DNA from: Lingula anatina
Lineage: Eukaryota > Animalia > Brachiopoda
DNA: 64,000 bases
NCBI GenBank assembly: GCA_051362555.1
Contig: CM120640.1
Span: forward strand, 310,001 to 374,000
Direction: 5' to 3'
The stretch's first letter is position 1, and the number at the start of each line of letters is the position of its first letter. The notes below the pieces were generated by a model. That model ran no database searches and was not told the DNA's origin. It was given only the letters and a program-made list of their open reading frames with translations. The translations under genes and the position numbers were made by a program. Shown here one piece after another: positions 27,001-41,052 of the stretch.

Positions 27001-30000
27001 CAGGGAGCGAGGATAAGTCCGACCATGTTGTCAGGTGAGCAAGTGATGATGATAGGCTATGTCTGGCTTCAAGTCAGGGGAGCAAGTGATGATGATAGGC
27101 TATGTCTGGCTTCAAGTCAGGGGAGCAAGTGTATGAAAAATAGATACTAATGGTTGTCACATTGGTATAATGACTTATTCAAATGTTTTCCCTTGAGGGG
27201 AATAAGCCAAAATGGTAGATCTTAATCATGCCTGTGATAAGAAAAACAGAATCTTATGATTGTGGTGAAATCATGTATTCAAATCTTTTATATTTTAGAG
27301 GAGAGTTAGCACAGAAGACTCTTGTTTATGATAGGCTAATTACTGAACATGATAGTTGTCTTGTTAGTTCATATATCTTTGTCCATATCCAAATATTAGA
27401 GTGTCTCATTCTGTAAGAATTGGGATCTAAGAGTTCCTTATTCTTGCTTGGTGCTTGGTTTGACTTAGGGACATGCAGTCCATGCAGCTGTGGCACTGTA
27501 GATGTGAGTTCCTAGGCCCCACACTCCAAAGTTCATCTCAAAGCCAGTCGTAGTGATATGTGATGGTGACACTTTTATACGGATGTTACCACCCTTCCTA
27601 AATTAAAAAATGATGTGTAGCAATATTGCAAGTAATTTTTGATAAAGGATATGACAAAGGTGAAAACGAAACTTTTGACTAGGTCATACAAGAATCTCCT
27701 AATCTCAGCCAGTCACAAAATAGTATTTGTAGAGTGAAAGTGAGGTCAATGAATTATGTATAATTAGCAGGGATGTCCACGTGATTTTTATCCCAACTCT
27801 CTTGACAAGTGAAGTAAAATATCCTGTCAAGAAAAGAAATTAAAAATGTATCCCTCAGATTTGCACATTTGGAAATAGCTTGAAAACTTATTTTCATTAG
27901 ATGGAGACACAATTTGTCAAACACAACCAACGGTACGGCACACACATACTTTCATTATGTTTATTATTTTATTACAATTTTTAAAGGTTTTATTTTTTGC
28001 CTGAGTGGGCTTTCTGATGCATGCTGGTACACATGATTATATGAAGAGAAAACACCTTACCAGGCATCCAGTAAAGAGATAGCAGCCACAACATCAGGGG
28101 GACTGGCAAATGGCTTCTTGAATGTGACATGTTTTGACCACTGGCAATGTATTTGACCCCACTTGCAATAATCTGATGACACAGATCCAATTTGACCTTC
28201 AAGGGAAAAAGAAAAGGTGGATGAAAATGAAAAGTTTAGTATTAAGGAGGATGCAGAGGATTCTCTTCTTAAACCTCTAAGATCTACCTTAGCTAAGTAT
28301 TACTAATTGTTGAAATTACCTCAAGCCAGTTGAAACTTGGAAAAATTTAAATCACATGTAAGGTTTATAAAGTGGGTTCAACTAGGAGACAAAAAAAAAC
28401 AAAAACATGTGGCAGTGCAGTATGTGAATTAGGAAAGTCTCTTGGAATATCAGGAAGTGTAACACTATGCTTTGGCCATTTCAGCAGATTTTTAAATATT
28501 GAAGATCTATTTTTCTGTTTTGATTAGCTTTTAGACAATGCAATGAAGGAGAAAATTTAGAAACAAGGCAGCAAAACTGTTAAATGCACAGACAAAAAGC
28601 AGAAAATAATGATGCACAAAATAGATTATTTTTTTCAGTTTTGATGTAATAATACATGATTTTTAATAGCAAAGTCAACATCAAATATTAATTATGCACA
28701 ACAGGTAACACATGTTAGGCAATTGTTCCATTAGAGTTCAGATTCACACATTGAAAATGCCAGAATGAGATAAAATGAAAATTTCACAAAAAATTACATA
28801 AATTCAAGAAAATATAATACCCCAAGCTGGTTTTCAATTTGAGCCTTAGGTCAACACTAAGAGTCATTCTTCAACTTGTAAGATAAAAAAATATAAGTAA
28901 AACGGTTATACTTTCAGAGCATTCATGGTGGCAGTGCAAAAAAAGGGGTCTTAAAAAATCGATGCAATATTACATGGTGATAATTAACTGCATAATCACC
29001 ACCATTTTTTAAATTATCTTCTATCCATAAGCAGGCATTCAAGAAATGTTATCACCATATGGCACCATGTCTGTTGGAGTTCTATTTCCAACATTGAAAT
29101 TGCCAAAATGTGAAAAAATGAACAATTCTCAAAAAAACAGAATTATTGCCAGAAAAAGAATCCAATCAGGCTGGTTTTCCCATTCAAGATGTATTTTAAT
29201 CCTATGTCTCTTTTCTGTAAGTTTAAAATCAAAACTTAAATGGTTTCCTTCAATGGTCAATTTGGTGGCAATGCCCAAAATTGGGTTTTCTGCAATTTTG
29301 ATGCAATATTACATAATATTTAACAGCATATTCGCCACTAATTTTTAGTTATGCACTGCAGGTAACATAGATAGTTAACATTTTGACTAGTAAAGGTCTT
29401 TAGGTCCATGGAAGTTCAAATTCACACATTGAAAATGCCAATATGTGAAAAATGACCATTTCACAAAAAACTTCAAAAACAATAATCAGATCAGGCTGGT
29501 TTTCGAACTTGACCAAAAATTGAGTAATAGTGATTACTCCTGCAAGTTTGGAGACAATACGTGCACCAATTTTCCACCTTATGTGTTATCTGTATTGCAA
29601 ATAAGCTGAAAAGGTGAAAAGTCAGCTTAAAGGGATAATAACTCTTGTATGATATCTATATTTCACAATAAAAACATTGTGAACAACTCATAGAAATATA
29701 ATATATTCAGTTATACCACAAAAATGGCAATTATAGCTATTATTCTGATATCTGAGCTTGTCTTTAGACCACATGTCCTCCATTGATGGCTATACTCTGT
29801 TATAATCTCTTAAGAGATTATAAAAAAAAACTTTTTAGAAAAAAAACAGGGACTAACTTTGAATGTAAAAATGGATTCATTAACCATTTGTAAGTATGGG
29901 AAAATTGTTGTTTACTCCAGGAAAATTCATTTTTTGGCCAAAATGAAGAGTTATTATCTTTTTAACTTATGGAAAAATGGTCTGATCAAGCTATAAATAT

Positions 30001-33000
30001 TCATCAGTTCTGTAAGTTTGAAGACAAAAGGTAAAATGTTTCCACTTATGTTACCTCTGAAAGTGCATAGCATAGGCAACAGCGACAACAGACACAGGTG
30101 ACAGCTATATGTACAGAGACATCTGTATTTGTACATAGATGTCTAATTTGATGATGGTGAAATTGTTAAGATATTTTCTTTCATCTGCTTCAGTTGACAT
30201 TCTTACACCTTTGATGACATCTGTGTGGAATATGATTAAACTGAAATATTGAAAATACTCACATCTGTCTTTCTCTCTTTTGGCTGGCTTCTGTGAAAGG
30301 CCTTGGCTGAACATGTTCAGATATAACAACACGCAGAGAAGATAAATGGAATACTTATTGCTCATGGTTTGCATCTTCATCACTCGTCAAGTCAATGGAT
30401 GCTGTGTCCCTGTCGTTACTCCCTTTATTTATATGCTCCAGCTGCCCAGATAATTTAAATATGAAAGCAGTTGATAACATCAAAGTAAGGCAAGTGCTCT
30501 TGAATTACTTGTTTCTCAAACAATTTTTATTTTCATCAAAGTTTGGAGGGAGGAAAGTAAAAAATGTTTTTCTCAAAATAATGACTTTGTCATGATTAAA
30601 AAAACATTTTAGATAGCTTTAACACCCATTTTAACTTACTAAAGCTATATCTCAAAATGGTAAATATAGTGATTCTAATTAAATAAAGTGCTTTTTTGTG
30701 TTAACAAATCAAACAAAAAACTTTTTTAAAAAATAGCATGACGTATATGAAGATATTGATTCTATTAGTTCAAATTTATTTCTTTAATGTAAATTTTTCA
30801 AGAGCATTTAATCTGAAAGAATCAGAATTTTTTTCACTAACAACAGCTTGACTTTCCTAATAGAAAGAATTTGTTCTTAAAAATAATGAAACTGAGCTTA
30901 AAGTTAATACCTTTATGGGTTTTCATTCATTTAAAAGGGTTATTATCCAAAAATGACAGTTCAAGGGACGCTACATGGGATTTTTCCACCAAATGAATCT
31001 TCCTGGTATATTTTCTCCTACTCGTGATTTCTTGCTTGACCCTTCCCTGCACTAGGAATCAATGTTGTATTCCAATTTTTATATAATATTTTAATTTGAA
31101 ATGACTGGCCAGTCAAAGTGCTATTATGTTTATTGCCTTGTTTTAACACAAGAGAAAGATGGGAGTTTTCTTATATCATGGCCTTGTGCCGAATATAACG
31201 TGGTCATTGCAAGTTGGCAATGACTTCCCATGGAGGCTGAGAAGAGAAATTCTGACACAAGGTATGTTTTAGATAAACTGTTATCTGAAGAGGTTTGTTG
31301 TCCTTAGAATCTGAATTGGAGAATATAAGCTTTACCAGCCACTCATGTCCACTTGTAGTCAGAGCCATTTTCAAGTCTGACAGCTAGCAGTTAAAGAACC
31401 TCAAACATTTATCGCATTGACTGGACTGACCTTTTATTAATCTTTTGTCCTTCAGTCACTAAAAAAACCTAGCCAGACTAGGTGACCTAAGAATAGTTTA
31501 TACATATACTGCTGCCAAAGCCTGTTTATTGCACCATTTGACTTATTAAAATATAAGCAGTAGACACAAATACAGTAAGAAGGGGAATATGAAGCAATCG
31601 TTTAACTAGGCATACAACCATGTGACGTGTGAGGACCATAAAACTTCTAAGTTATCATGTTTATTTTTTAGATGTGACCAAATCTTGATGTGACCATTGG
31701 TAAAAAAAATTTTTTTTAAGTTGTGGGCTCAATTTTTTTCTGTTTTGGCCATTTTTAGGTTGGCGAAGTTTGAGAAACAAGTAATCAAAAAGCACCTGCC
31801 AAACAGGTTTTGTTTCCTAGAAATTATGACGGACAATGATAAGGAAACTGTTTACATAACTGCTATATTTGGATTTTCAATATAAAATTTAATAAAGTGA
31901 ACAGTAATAATAAATGATACAATCAGATGATGCTACCACAGGCTACAGAATTTGAATGCTTTGGGTTGCACACTTTAAAAAAGACATGTCAATAATAAAT
32001 AACCCGATCTTGATGTCAAAGCTGATTTCCTTAAAATGTCATTGGATGTGACTACATAATTATTTTGGGCTAAAATTTTAGATTGAAATGTCAATAATAG
32101 ATGATCCAATCTAGTTGGCAAGTCTTTGATTTGATTATATTCGTATTTCAGTGGGTGTTACCACAGAATTATTTTAGGATAGAGAATTTGTTGCTTTGGG
32201 TTGGTTTGTTCATTTGGTTGCACACTTTTACAAAGTTATGTCTTCAACATTGTGAATTTTACACTTACTGTATTTTTAAGTCATATTTTTTAAATTATTA
32301 TTTTCTCATTGAGTGGTAGCAGCAAAACTAAAAGAACGCCTTACAGTTTCCTTCTTTATAACAAAAGCACAAATACTACAGGGAAATATAGTTTTATTAA
32401 TTCAAATATCTCTATGTATATATGGCTCATCATATTATTGAATATGATAGTTCATTTTTAAGTTATCCATGTCTATATCTGAATATTAAAGTGACTTGGT
32501 GTGTTAGAATTAGGATCCAATTCATTCAAAGGAACAGGAAAGAGGACTTGCCTATTTTGTTTCAGAAAAAAAAGCTTATCTATTTTAACTGAAAGCAACT
32601 GAAAGTTGATCTTTTTTATGGACAGACACAGCTCATGACTCATTCTCCTTTGCATTGATTTTAGACAGACTATCATTTCCTTGTTTAGTATTTGTGGTTT
32701 CGCAACAGCATACTCGCTGGTGGCTGTTTGTTTTTATGTACAGACACAGATGTGTCTGTACATATAGCCGTCACCTGTGTCTGTCGTCGCCGTCGCCGTG
32801 CACTTTTACCGATAACACGATAAGTAGAAAACTGTTTTTTCTTTTGGCTTGAAACTTACAGAACTGATGAAAATTGATAATACGCAGGTCAAGTTTGAAA
32901 ATCAGCATGATAGGGACATTTTTATGGAAGTTATGCTGTTTTTTATTTGTTTTTTTTTTATTTTTCACTATTTTCAGCATATATGCAACCCTGATAACAC

Positions 33001-36000
33001 GATAAGTGAAAAAACGCTTCACTTTTTGGCTTGAAACTTACAAAAGTGATGAATATCTATAACATTCATCAATATTGACGCAGGTCAAGTTCGAAAATTG
33101 GCATGATCAGGACATTTTTATAAAAGTTGTGCTGTTTTTTCACTTTTTTCAGCATGTATGCAACACCTATAACACATTTTAAGGATCAGACATGTAAAAG
33201 TGTTTGGTTGACATTTCCTTCATCTTTACAACATTATTAGTTGATTATGTAAAAATGATGGTAAACTTGTTATCGTGTATTGTGTAATAAAGTTTCAAAA
33301 ATGGAAATAAACTCATCATTGCAGTTTGTCATATTCAATCATTCACTAAAAAAATTGTTAAAAATGGAAAAAAAAACCTTTCAGAACAGTGCTGTCTTGT
33401 TTACATTTTGGCATTTTCAAGTTGTGACTTTGAAGTTCCATGGGCCTGAAGACCTTTGCTAGTCACATTTTCTGAATATCCATGATACTAATATTTTATT
33501 ATTAAAAATTGATGGTCATTATGCTGTTAAACATTATGTAATATTGCATCAAAATTTGAAAAAAAAAAATATTTTGGGCACTGCTCCCATGATGACCATT
33601 TAAGAAAAACCATGTCACTTACTGTTCTCAAACAGTACAGTAAATATGTATAGATGTGTCTGTACATATTGCCACCACCTGCGTCTGTCGTTGCCGTCGT
33701 CGCCGTCACTGTCGCTGTTGCCAGCGCCGTGCACTTTCATTGTAAACACGATAAATGGAAGGCAGTTTTACTTTTTGGCTGTATATTTACAGAGCTGATG
33801 AATATTCATAAAACGCAGGTCAAGTTCAAAAATCAGCATGATCGGGCCATTATTGTAGAAGTTATGCTGTTTTTTCACTTTTCAGCATATATGCAACACT
33901 GTAAACACATTTCAAGGAAAACCGATAGGCCTGTTGTCATGAAACTCACAGGAGTAATCGATCTAACTATAACGCAGGTCAAGTTCGAAAAATCGGCATG
34001 ATCGGGCCACTATTTTAGTAGTTATGCTTTTTTTTTCACTTTTCAGCATATATGCAACACTGTAAACACAATATAAGAAAAACAGATATGCCAATTGTCA
34101 TTAAACTTACAGGAGTGGTCATTCCTGCTAAAACGCAGGTTGAGTTAAAAAATCAGCATAATCGGGCCATTATTTTAAAGAAATGCCTTTTATCACATTT
34201 CCTAAGATTTAATTGTTAGGCATGTTAACAGTTTCATTATTTAATTAATAAGATATGTAAAAGTGTTTGTTTGGCATTTCCTGCATCTTTACAACATTAT
34301 TAGTTGATTATGTAAAAATGATGGTAAACTTGTTATCGTGTATTGTGTAATAAAGTTTAAAAAATAGAAATAAACTCATATCATTGCAGTTTGTCAGATT
34401 CAATCATTCACTATGTTCAGAATCTCAGAATGGAAGAAATTGGACATTTAACACTGCTCTATTGATATTTTTCCCATATCATCAATTTTCTTAGTTGATC
34501 ATATAAAAACGGCAGAAAACTGTTAATTTTGTTTTATGTTAAAAAAGTGTTAAAAATGAAAAAAAAACATTTCAGAACAGTGCTGTCTTGTTTTATTGAT
34601 CATATAAAAATGACAGTAAATTGATTATTTTGTTTTATGTAAAAAAGGTGTTGAAAATGGAAATAAACTCTTTCAATACAGTTTTCTCTTGTTTACGTTT
34701 TGGGATTTTCAAAGTGTGACTCTGAAACCTATGGGCTAGTCACATTTTCCGAATATCCATGATACTTTTATTTTATTATTAAAAAATTTATGGTTATTAT
34801 GCTGTTAAGCATCGTGTAATATTGCATCAAAATTGAACAAAACCCTATTTTGGGCACTGCCTCCATAGTGACTGTGAAAGGAAAACCATGTCACTTGCTC
34901 TTCTCACACTTACAGGAAAGAAGCATAGGACTGAAATACAGCTTCAGTTGAAAAATTGTCTCATTAGTTAATTGTCTGGAAGAAATACAGTTTTTTTGTG
35001 AAAATTTTTAATTTGGAATTTTCAATGTGGGACTTTGAGCTCCCTTGGGCATAAAGCCCAGTGGTAATCAAATTTTCTTAATGTCCATGCTTTTAATACT
35101 GAATATGATAGTTCATTTTTAAGTTATCCATGTCTACATCTGAATATTAAAGTGTCTTGGTGTGTTAGAATTAGGATCCAATTCTTGCTTTCTACTTGAT
35201 TGAACTTTGAGACATGCAGACCATGTAGCCATGACTGTTGATGTGTGAGGATCAGTACACACCAAAATTTACCACAAACCCACAAGTATAGATAGATGTT
35301 ACTGCTACTTTCTGATATGGGTGTCACCACCATGCCTAAAATTACATATGAAAGTGTAGAAATATTGGGAAAAAAGATTCATAGGAAATACTTCTTGAGT
35401 TGGAAAACCATTTGGTGTTGATTTTGCTTTAAAGCATTGTGTAATAATATTATTGTATCAAAATAACCTATTTTGTGCATCATTATTTTCTATTTTATGT
35501 CTGTACATTCAACAGCCTTGCTGCTTTATTCTTTTCCAGGTTGATATCAGCAGTATTTCGGTTGAGTGAAGTAGAGAAACGCGCCATAAGTGCCAACCTG
35601 TGTGATATCCTCAGTCCTCAGGTGGGGCGATCGCTGGTCTGGTTACTAAGGCGATGGGTGGTGACATACCTGCTACCCAATGAAAACCATTATAAACAAG
35701 TAGGTATAGAATTTGATCAGTAAATTATCCCTTTTGATTTACATGTCATTTCAAAAAAAGCAGATGCAGATAGATACATATAGATTCTAGAATTTTATTG
35801 TATATACATATAAATACTAGAATTGTAGTGTATATACATATAGATACTAGAACTTTAGTGCATATACATTTAGATATATTTAGATACATAAAGATATAGA
35901 TACTATACTGTAATGAATATACATATAGCTACTAGTGGTGTAGTGTATTCTTCCAGATTAGTCTGGCACTGAATGCAGCATTTGGTCAAGACACAGAGTG

Positions 36001-37760
36001 TATATAGATATAGATACTAGTGGAATAGTATATATACATATAGATATAGCTACTAGTGGTGTAGTGTATTCTTCCAGATTAGTCTGGCACTGAATGCAGC
36101 ATTTGGTCATGACACAGAGTGTATATAGATATAGATACTAATGGTGTAGTGTATATATACATATAGATATAGATACTAGTGGTGTAGTGTATATATACAT
36201 ATAGATATAGATACTAATGGTGTAGTGCATTCTTCCAGATCAGTCTGGCACTAAATGCAGCATTTGGTCAAGACACAGAGTGTATATAGATATAGATACT
36301 AATGGTGTAGTGTATATATACATATAGATATAGATACTAGTGGAATAGTGTATATACATAAAGATATAGATACTAGTGGTGTAGTGTATATATACATATA
36401 GATATAGATACTAGTGGAATAGTGTATATACATAAAGATATAGATACTAGTGGTGTAGTGTATATATACATATAGATATAGATACTAGTGGTGTAGTGTA
36501 TTCTTCCAGATTAGTCTGGCACTGAATGCAGCATTTGGTCAAGACACAGAGTGTATATAGATATAGATACTAGTGGTGTAGTGTATATATACATATAGAT
36601 ATAGCTACTAATGGTGTAGTGTATATATACATATAGATATAGCTACTAATGGTGTAGTGTATATATACATATAGATATAGATACTAGTGGAATAGTGTAT
36701 ATATACATATAGATATAGATACTAATGGTGTAGTGTATATATACATATAGATATAGCTACTAGTGGTGTAGTGTATATATACATAAAGATATAGATACTA
36801 ATGGTGTAGTGTATATATACATATAGATATAGATACTAATGGTGTAGTGTATATATACATAAAGATATAGATACTAGTGGTGTAGTGTATATATACATAT
36901 AGATATAGCTACTAGTGGTGTAGTGTATTCTTCCAGATTAGTCTGGCACTAACTGCAGCATTTGGTCAAGACACAGAGTGTATATAGATATAGATATAGA
37001 TACTAGTGGAATAGTGTATATACATAAAGATATAGATACTAGTGGTGTAGTGTATATATACATATAGATATAGCTACTAGTGGTGTAGTGTATTCTTCCA
37101 GATTAGTCTGGCACTAAATGCAGCATTTGGTCATGACACAGAGGGAGGCCAGTGGACTATCAACTACCTGCTGGAAAAGGTGATGTCCAATCTCTCTGTC
37201 TGGAGCTCTGAGGCAGACCTAGCTGAAGACACTGTCCAGTTGTTAGTGGCCATGGTAGACAAAAAGGACAGGTAGGTGTCACAGTGTCAGGTGTCATGGG
37301 GTAAGATGTCACAGTGTCAGGTGTCATGGGGTCAGATGTCACAGTGCCAGGTGTCATGGGGTCAGATGTCACAGTGTCAGGTGTCATGGGATCAGATGTC
37401 ACAGTGTCAGGTGTCATGGGGTAAGATGTCACAGTGTAAGGTGTCATGGGGTCAGATGTCACAGTGTCAGGTGTCATGGGGTCAGATGTCACAGTGCCAG
37501 GTGTCATGGGGTCAGATGTCACAGTGTCAGGTGTCATGGGGTAAGATGTCACAGTGTCAGGTGTCATGGGGTCAGATGTCATAGTGCCAGGTGTCATGGG
37601 GTCAGATGTCACAGTGCCAGGTGTCATGGGGTCAGATGTCACAGTGCCAGGTGTCATGGGGTAAGATGTCACAGTGTAAGGTGTCATGGGGTCAGATGTC
37701 ACAGTGCCAGGTGTCAGATTTCTTTGTTTGCTACAGACATTCCTGCAATTTCAATTAAAA

Positions 37761-37796
<36 letters not shown>

Positions 37797-40700
37797 GTGT
37801 TAGGTATTTTGTCTGGGCTTCATCAAACCACCCTTCACTTTCAGAAATATCTACTTCGTCTTCTAAAGTTTCATGATATTGAAAATGGGCCGCTTCAAAC
37901 TGAATAAAAGCATCGTCAAGAATTTTCAGTTTTTCTGTAACTAACTTACAGTCTGCTGTGACAGTTGCTCTCTCTAATGCATTAAGATGCCTGGTGACGA
38001 TTCCTTTGCACGAGCTCCTTACCCGACGTAACTCGTCCGCAGTTTTCTCTGTCTTTGTGTCCATCTCGAAGGTTAGGAGTAAACAAACTGAAGACACACG
38101 GGAAATGTCCACTAACACTTGTGTCGTCGCTTGTCGTTGTGTTTCCCTACGAAGTCACCAAAGATGCCAATCTTTGAGTTTCAGTGAGCCCGTCGTCACA
38201 TCGCTCCTTGACGATTCCACGAACGGACCCAGATGTTGTTTTCACTAATGTTACTGCGTACCAGTCAATAACTCAACAACAAATCTTTAAATTTCACCTT
38301 TATTGTTCACGCACATTTTTTAGCTATTTATAGTGAATTCTAAGGTGAATTCTGGGGTGAATTCTGAGGTGAGTTCTGAAGCGAGATCTGAGGCGTTTTC
38401 TGATGTGGTGAAACTAAACAAAAAATAAGTAAAATAGATAAATAATAATAATAATAATAAATAAATAAATATATTACATTAAGTGTACACACAAATGCAA
38501 ATATAAAGAACGGAGAGAGAGAGAGAGAGAGATACGAACACGCAAATATCGACAATATGACTAAACTATGAAATTAAATATATATCTGTAGTACTTACAC
38601 AACATTCGGCAACTTAAAGATTGGGTACACAGTAACGTGGCGGCCAGGAAAGCAATTGTCTAGAAGGATAACGTACATGTCGACTAAATATATATATATT
38701 GATATAAAAAAGATGACTTTATACTAATATCACCTGACTTAATGAAAAACTAATAGGTGACGACAGTTTACAAATCTTTAATATCAAAATAAATGAACAA
38801 CTAAATATGTACATATCCAAAGTGTTCTACGTGTCTTACCTTATTACATTTCGAAGAGAAAAAACCTGACCGCACCCAGAAGTGGTGTGCGCTCGCTTTT
38901 ATAGTAAGCGTTGGCAAAAAGTACTCAAATATTCATGACCCTATTACAGCGACATTGTAGTAGGTGTGATAACGTGATATATTTGTCGATGTCGACAACA
39001 TTATTATTATTATTATTATTATTTTATAAGGTGTAGGTATGTAATTCAGTCAGAGCACCTGTGGTCCCTGGCCAGACAGTATTCTAGCAACCAGCCACCT
39101 CTCAGTTTACTACCTCCTTCTGTGAAGAGACATCTGCTGAGAGCTTTAGTGTTAACAGGCTCTTCAGCTCCAAAGGAGAGCAAGGAGGACCTCTGGAAAT
39201 GTGTAAGTCTTCTCTGGAAATGTATAAGTTTTGTCTGGAAATGTGTGAGTCGTCTCTGGAAATGTGTGAGTCATCTCCCGAATTGTGTGAGTTTCCCAAA
39301 ATGTAAGTTTCTGGAAATGTTTGAGTCTCTGAAAATGTGCATGTAAGTCTGCATATGTATGTGTGTTCTCTGGAAACATTTAATCTGGCCCAGGAAATGT
39401 GTGTGTGTGTCTTCTTTGGAAATGTGTGAGCCTTCTCTAGAAATTTGTTCATATCTGGAAATGTGAGTTGACAGGATTTTATTCTATTTGGCTGCTGATA
39501 TTTTGATATTATTACATCAAACTCCTTGTAACATTCCAGGTTCTCCAACCCTTACATGATCACTTCATAGCAGTGCTAGGACAACCAGAGTTTAGGAAAA
39601 AGTGCCATGAAACTTCAACCAAACTGGAAGTGGAGAGTTTACTAGAGTCTGCCTGCGGGGTAGCAGAGGGCAGCAGGGTTGATAATCTTAGCACTCTCTT
39701 TGGGTTCCTGCATCCAATTCTGGTGGAGAGCATCAAGATTTTAGGTATTTTTGATCAGAGATTTGGGTCAGTGCAGCAAATTCTCAGGATTCAATTTTTA
39801 GGCATTTTAATGAAATCTTGCTATTGACAGGAAATATAAAATGTGAAGTCAATTAATCTTTAAAGTGCCATTTCTGTTTATGTGATGTTGGGAAAGGGGG
39901 TTGATGATTGCATGCAAGCAAGTCATTTGCATTATTTTTAATTTTAAGCATTATCTGTTTGTGATAATTTGTTGTATTTTAATGAGAATTTTACGTTGTA
40001 GAGGTCTACAGTAACTATGAGATGGTGGTTCAACTGGTTTTATAGATAAATTATACTGTTTGTTGTATTTTAATATGATAATTTTACATTGTAGAAGTCT
40101 ACAGTAACTATGAGACGGTGGTTCAACTGGTTCTGGAGTTGTTTGGTATTGTTGTAGACAAGCAGATCTGTTATCTAAGCGAGGTCAGTAAAAAATCTAC
40201 AATGTGTATTATAATAATGGATTATATTTCGAAATATTATCTTTACAATTTTATATGTTTATTGTCTGCATATATATATATAATATTCTGAAGTGTGTGT
40301 TGGTCTTTTTTTTTTTCTTTTTTATTTACTTCACATTTGTTTTATTTTTTTCACCAAAATGTTTTTGATATTTCAAAGTTTATTTATTTTATTGACAAGT
40401 AATGTTTGTGCTTGACATATTTCCAGAGAGAATCTCAGCAGTTGTATGAGAGTTGTCTGTCCTGTATCCAGACTTACTCCAAACTTAACATGGGTAAATA
40501 TATAAATATACCTCTCACCTGGAATTACACGTTATAATGGTATCCAGACTTATTCTAAACTTAACATGGGTAAAGTAGCACCTCTCACCTGGAACTACAC
40601 ATTATAATGGTTTATACTGCTATCACACAAAATACCTGTTATGCAAATATGTGTATATAGGTTTTTTTCAATGATTTTGACTTATAAATGTTTATGTACA

Positions 40701-40999
40701 AAGTTATATGTAAATTGTCTGACATTGCATGTCTTTTGTCACTTTTATTAGTAAAAATGTCATAAAAAGAGATAAGAAAATCTGCATATGATAGATATTA
40801 TTAAGATTCTAACAGTGAATGCATATAAGGTAGGGTGGTTTGATATTATGTGATGTGGATATGTTTATATTTCTTAAAGGAAAAAGGTCAGTGGAAGCTG
40901 ATGCGGAGGAGGACAGGTTTACAGATATTTTACTGATGATGGAGTTACTGACCCACATGTTGTCCAAAGACTTCATAGACTTTGGTGTGGGTAAGTAAC

Positions 41000-41052
<53 letters not shown>

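Noticed and set aside
30489-31800. Short inverted match (ggcaagtgctcttgaattacttgtttctcaaac) suggesting an old TIR element
   Set aside because: Ends and TSD could not be defined.
35930-37143. CRISPR-like repeat/spacer appearance
   Set aside because: Eukaryotic intron; the 'spacers' are themselves repetitive and the repeat is a copy of an XPO4 splice junction; no cas genes.
37160-37702. 180-aa repetitive ORF (MTPDTVTSDP)n
   Set aside because: Translation of the 30-bp minisatellite, antisense to XPO4.
39102-39548. 148-aa minus ORF with THTFPE repeats
   Set aside because: Antisense reading of the exon-16 donor echo array.
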